Assembly: GCF_000300075.1 (NCBI RefSeq)
Contig: NC_018677.1
Location: forward strand, 150,001 to 182,000
DNA: 32,000 nt
Reading direction: 5' to 3'
Source of the DNA: Candidatus Saccharimonadota bacterium
Lineage (GTDB): Bacteria > Pseudomonadota > Gammaproteobacteria > Johnevansiales > Johnevansiaceae
A program made the translations under genes and the position numbers. Shown here in pieces: positions 28,845-32,000 of the stretch; position 1 is the stretch's first letter; each line of letters begins with the position of its first letter. The notes beneath the pieces were generated by a model. It ran no database searches. It saw only the letters and a program-made list of their open reading frames with translations, and was not told the origin of the DNA.

Positions 28845-29918
28845 ATTTTTTTACCTTTTTAACAAATTTTATTTTTTATCACAACTTACCCATACCTTTA
28901 CTCATTCCTTTCAGATTTTAGCAACTTTAACAACAAGCCTTTTTAACTGCTTTAATAACTATTTTTTATAACTACAATTCCTATTACATAGTTTTTGTTT
29001 TATTTATTTCATATAACATAAAGTTTACAAATCATTACCACATATTACTTTTTTCAGATCTTATAAAAATAACCTTACAACTGTTTAAGTTATTACAACA
29101 AACTAACACATTATCTAGTTCTCTTTTTATTATCATAATAAAAAACTACCGTTTTACAACAAACTAAACTAACACATATTACTTTTTCCTTTTATACTTT
29201 CATAACGGCCTTTATTCAAATGTTCCTTTTTTTAGAACATATCTTACACTTATCACAAACTACGCCTCACTTCCTTTAAACTCGCATAACAACTTTTACC
29301 TATACTCATATTTTTTTCGTTTATCATATTGTATTTTAACTCTATGTCTTAACAAAAAACTTTTGGCATAAATAAACTACCACTTAACCTTTAACAACAA
29401 CCAAATACTATCTTTTAACATCAATTTAATCTATCGCATAAACACTACACCATTTCCTTTTTGTTATATACAAACTTTTACTTTATTTTAGCATTTACCT
29501 ATTAAACACCTTTACTACAAACTATACTTCTAATACCAATCCTCTTACATACTTCTTTACGCTTCAACTACCCTTTTTAACCATTTATACATGCCGTTAA
29601 TAACACAATACAACTAGTTTTACTATATACTAACAAACACCACACCGTTTAACACAAATCAAACTACACTGCCCATCAAACATCAAAATCTACTTGTTAC
29701 CAGCTTACATACATATTACACAAAAACACAAAACATAAATGCTTGCACAAAAACACCTTTACCTATCACCTCTTTTATTTTTCATAAAAACAAGTTATAT
29801 AAACAACTTTAGCTGTTAACATTTAACCATTTAACTATACATTAATATAACCAATATACCGTATAAAACAAAGATAAAACATAAACACATCAAAAACCAA
29901 ACATAAATTATAAATTAT

Positions 29919-29974
29919 CTAACTGCTAACTGCTAACTGCTAACATCTAACATCTAACATCTAACATCTAAAAA
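29919..29974. repeat. compound heptamer microsatellite (CTAACTG)3(CTAACAT)4 CTAAAAA
   Basis: Read directly from the sequence. Confidence 0.95.
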
Positions 29975-31262
29975 ATAACCTTTATTATCTAACATCTACC
30001 CTTTTAAACAAAGCATCAAACAGCTATTAACAAACACAACACTATCAATCTATCATATTAAAAACAGCTAACACGTTTTATCTTTAACAAATACAACTAC
30101 ATTTCATAATATAAAATCATAAAAATAGATTGTTTTACACAAAAACAGCAAATACAAAATAAAACTATTATGTTGTAATACAACTAACAATACTTCTAAA
30201 AAAAAAACTACATTTTATAGAAACACAATAAACTACAACACAATATTAAATAAGTTTAATACGAAATACCAAATAACTTTGATAGTTTTGTGTACAACTT
30301 TATCTGTTAACAATTAAATTTTAACAAACCACAACACATAATACCAAGCAGCAAAGCCCAAACTGATACTAATGTTTTTTAGCGATAAACTTTTTTAATT
30401 ATAAATATTTTTTTAGCAAACAGCCTAAAATCAAAACAATTTTCATAACTGCTTACACAACTCATCCTACATCCTACCAGCAATACTGCTTGCACTTTTA
30501 CATAACACACTTTTTTTTTAAACAGCTCAGCATGTTTGCTTTTTTTTTTACAATAGCTTCACTTTTAGTCAGTCTAAATTTAAATATAACCTTTTTAAAG
30601 ATCCTACACCATTAAAGATACAACTCTAATAAATTTCATATAACCTTACATTAGTTACAGTACAAAATATAAATTACAAAACTTGTAACCGATTTAAATA
30701 CATTACAAAATTTAAACATAATATGGCATAACTGACTTCACCACATATAACGTAATATAAGTTTTTTAAAAAATAAACAAAAGAACATATTTTATTAAAC
30801 ATTTATACAACAATTTTTAACATATAACCTTAGTCATATACTATAAACTAGTGTGTATAAAAAAAAAACAGTAAAGCACAAATTTTAGAATACAATTTTC
30901 AATTACATTACCTAATACACACCAACATAAACTTTTAAACAAAAAAAATATATATTCCTGCAAAACCTTAATTTCTTGCACAATTTATTTTTTATAATAT
31001 ATATAATATTTACACTTATCTATACCTCATCCATTATGTACCAGCTCGTATAATTTCATACAGACCTATTTTTTTCCCTTAATAACATATACAGCCATAC
31101 TCCTGTATTATACACAATATTTTTATACAACTTCTTTGCTCTCTATACATTATTTAAATAACTATGTTATAAGATACACAACCGTTAACATACATCTAAT
31201 ACCCGTATTATATATAACCTATACCAATTAGCAATTAGCCGTGCTCTTACTAATCCAGCACA

Positions 31263-31316
31263 CAACTAACAACTAACAACCAACAACCGCTAACCGCTAA
31301 CCGCTAACCGCTAATG
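31263..31316. repeat. compound microsatellite (CAACTAA)2 CAACCAA CAACCG (CTAACCG)3 CTAATG
   Basis: Read directly from the sequence. Confidence 0.9.
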
Positions 31317-31508
31317 CATTACATATCCACAAAATTACAACAATTAGCATATTACAGACATAAAAACATAAAATACTATAACTTAACAAAGATGATTCAG
31401 CCTACAACATTATTCTAATTATTTTTTGTTTAACTAGCATAACTTAAATAAACTTTTCATGTAACATACACTTTAACACAATAATAAACTATAAACGCCT
31501 GTATACCA

Positions 31509-31562
31509 ATTTTTTGCATTATCTAATAGTTAGCATACCTATTTTTTGCATTATCTAATAGT
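31509..31562. repeat. 22-bp direct repeat, 32-bp period
   Basis: ATTTTTTGCATTATCTAATAGT occurs at 31509-31530 and at 31541-31562. Confidence 0.9.
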
Positions 31563-32000
31563 CTTGAATCTATTAACCATCATAATTTTTCAATATGTAG
31601 TATGTAATATATGCTTTGAGCTTTATGTATCGCTGTTTGCTGTTTGCTGTTTTTCTTTTAGGTGTACACATTTCCTATTCTTTATATAAAAATTTTTGTG
31701 TTGTTCAAACAACTATTTCTTTCTGTCTTTTATATAATAACTATAAATTAGTAAATAACATACATATAAGCGAATACCATAGCTACTATTTAACCTACCT
31801 ACTTTATTTAACAAATACAACTTATATTACCTACTTTATATAACATATTTAATAGATTTTAAAACTCATAAAACATAAGAATACTTAAATACTTGTGTAT
31901 AATTTTTAGGAATATAAAAGAAAAGAAAACAAAGAAAGTACAAAAGAATAGTAAAAACATATTAGTAACAAACAGTTAAAATGTAATAACAGTAAATAGT

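Larger units (their letters stand above)
28845..31600. other. non-coding spacer, G-poor (A/C/T-rich) on the + strand
   Basis: About 2.7 kb with no credible ORF on either strand. Most 60-nt lines have 0-4 G. It contains CTAAC-type heptamer arrays. Confidence 0.8.

Noticed and set aside
1589-31600. The spacers as mobile elements, prophage remnants or horizontally acquired islands.
   Set aside because: There are no transposase, integrase or phage-like ORFs and no terminal inverted repeats bounding the blocks. The composition is more AT-rich and skewed than a foreign island would be. The tRNA-adjacent duplication is only 17 bp.

Overview
This is an AT-rich bacterial chromosome segment that looks like a strongly reduced gammaproteobacterial insect nutritional endosymbiont. 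I can support 16 protein genes. They are housekeeping, Fe-S/sulfur-relay and essential-amino-acid genes: pnp (5'-truncated by the window edge), tusE, nfuA, sufE, hisI, a degenerate tsaB-like gene, aceF, aceE, dapA, rpsA, aroA, pheA, gyrA, secA, leuC and aroC. There are also 4 tRNAs: Leu-UAG, Asp-GUC, Val-UAC and Arg-CCG. I see no rRNA, CRISPR array, transposase, phage gene or recognisable defence or secondary-metabolite genes. The unusual part is outside the genes. About 11 kb, roughly one third of the window, is non-coding spacer in blocks of 0.6-3.2 kb. These spacers have extreme strand asymmetry, with one strand almost free of G or almost free of C and hand-verified runs of 100-150 nt lacking the base. 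Their polarity flips abruptly at about 7,050 and about 14,650. They are full of compound 6-7-nt microsatellites whose unit changes block by block, local duplications with 32-50 bp periods, and a recurring 13-mer. Spacer-like A/C-rich sequence also appears in frame inside tusE (about 60 extra codons) and aceE (about 23 extra codons). From memory, low coding density with repeat-rich spacers has been described for Portiera aleyrodidarum of the whitefly Bemisia tabaci, and the gene content fits. I cannot confirm that identity without a database search. I do not see evidence for a novel protein-encoded system. The candidate novelty is the structure and origin of the spacer DNA.
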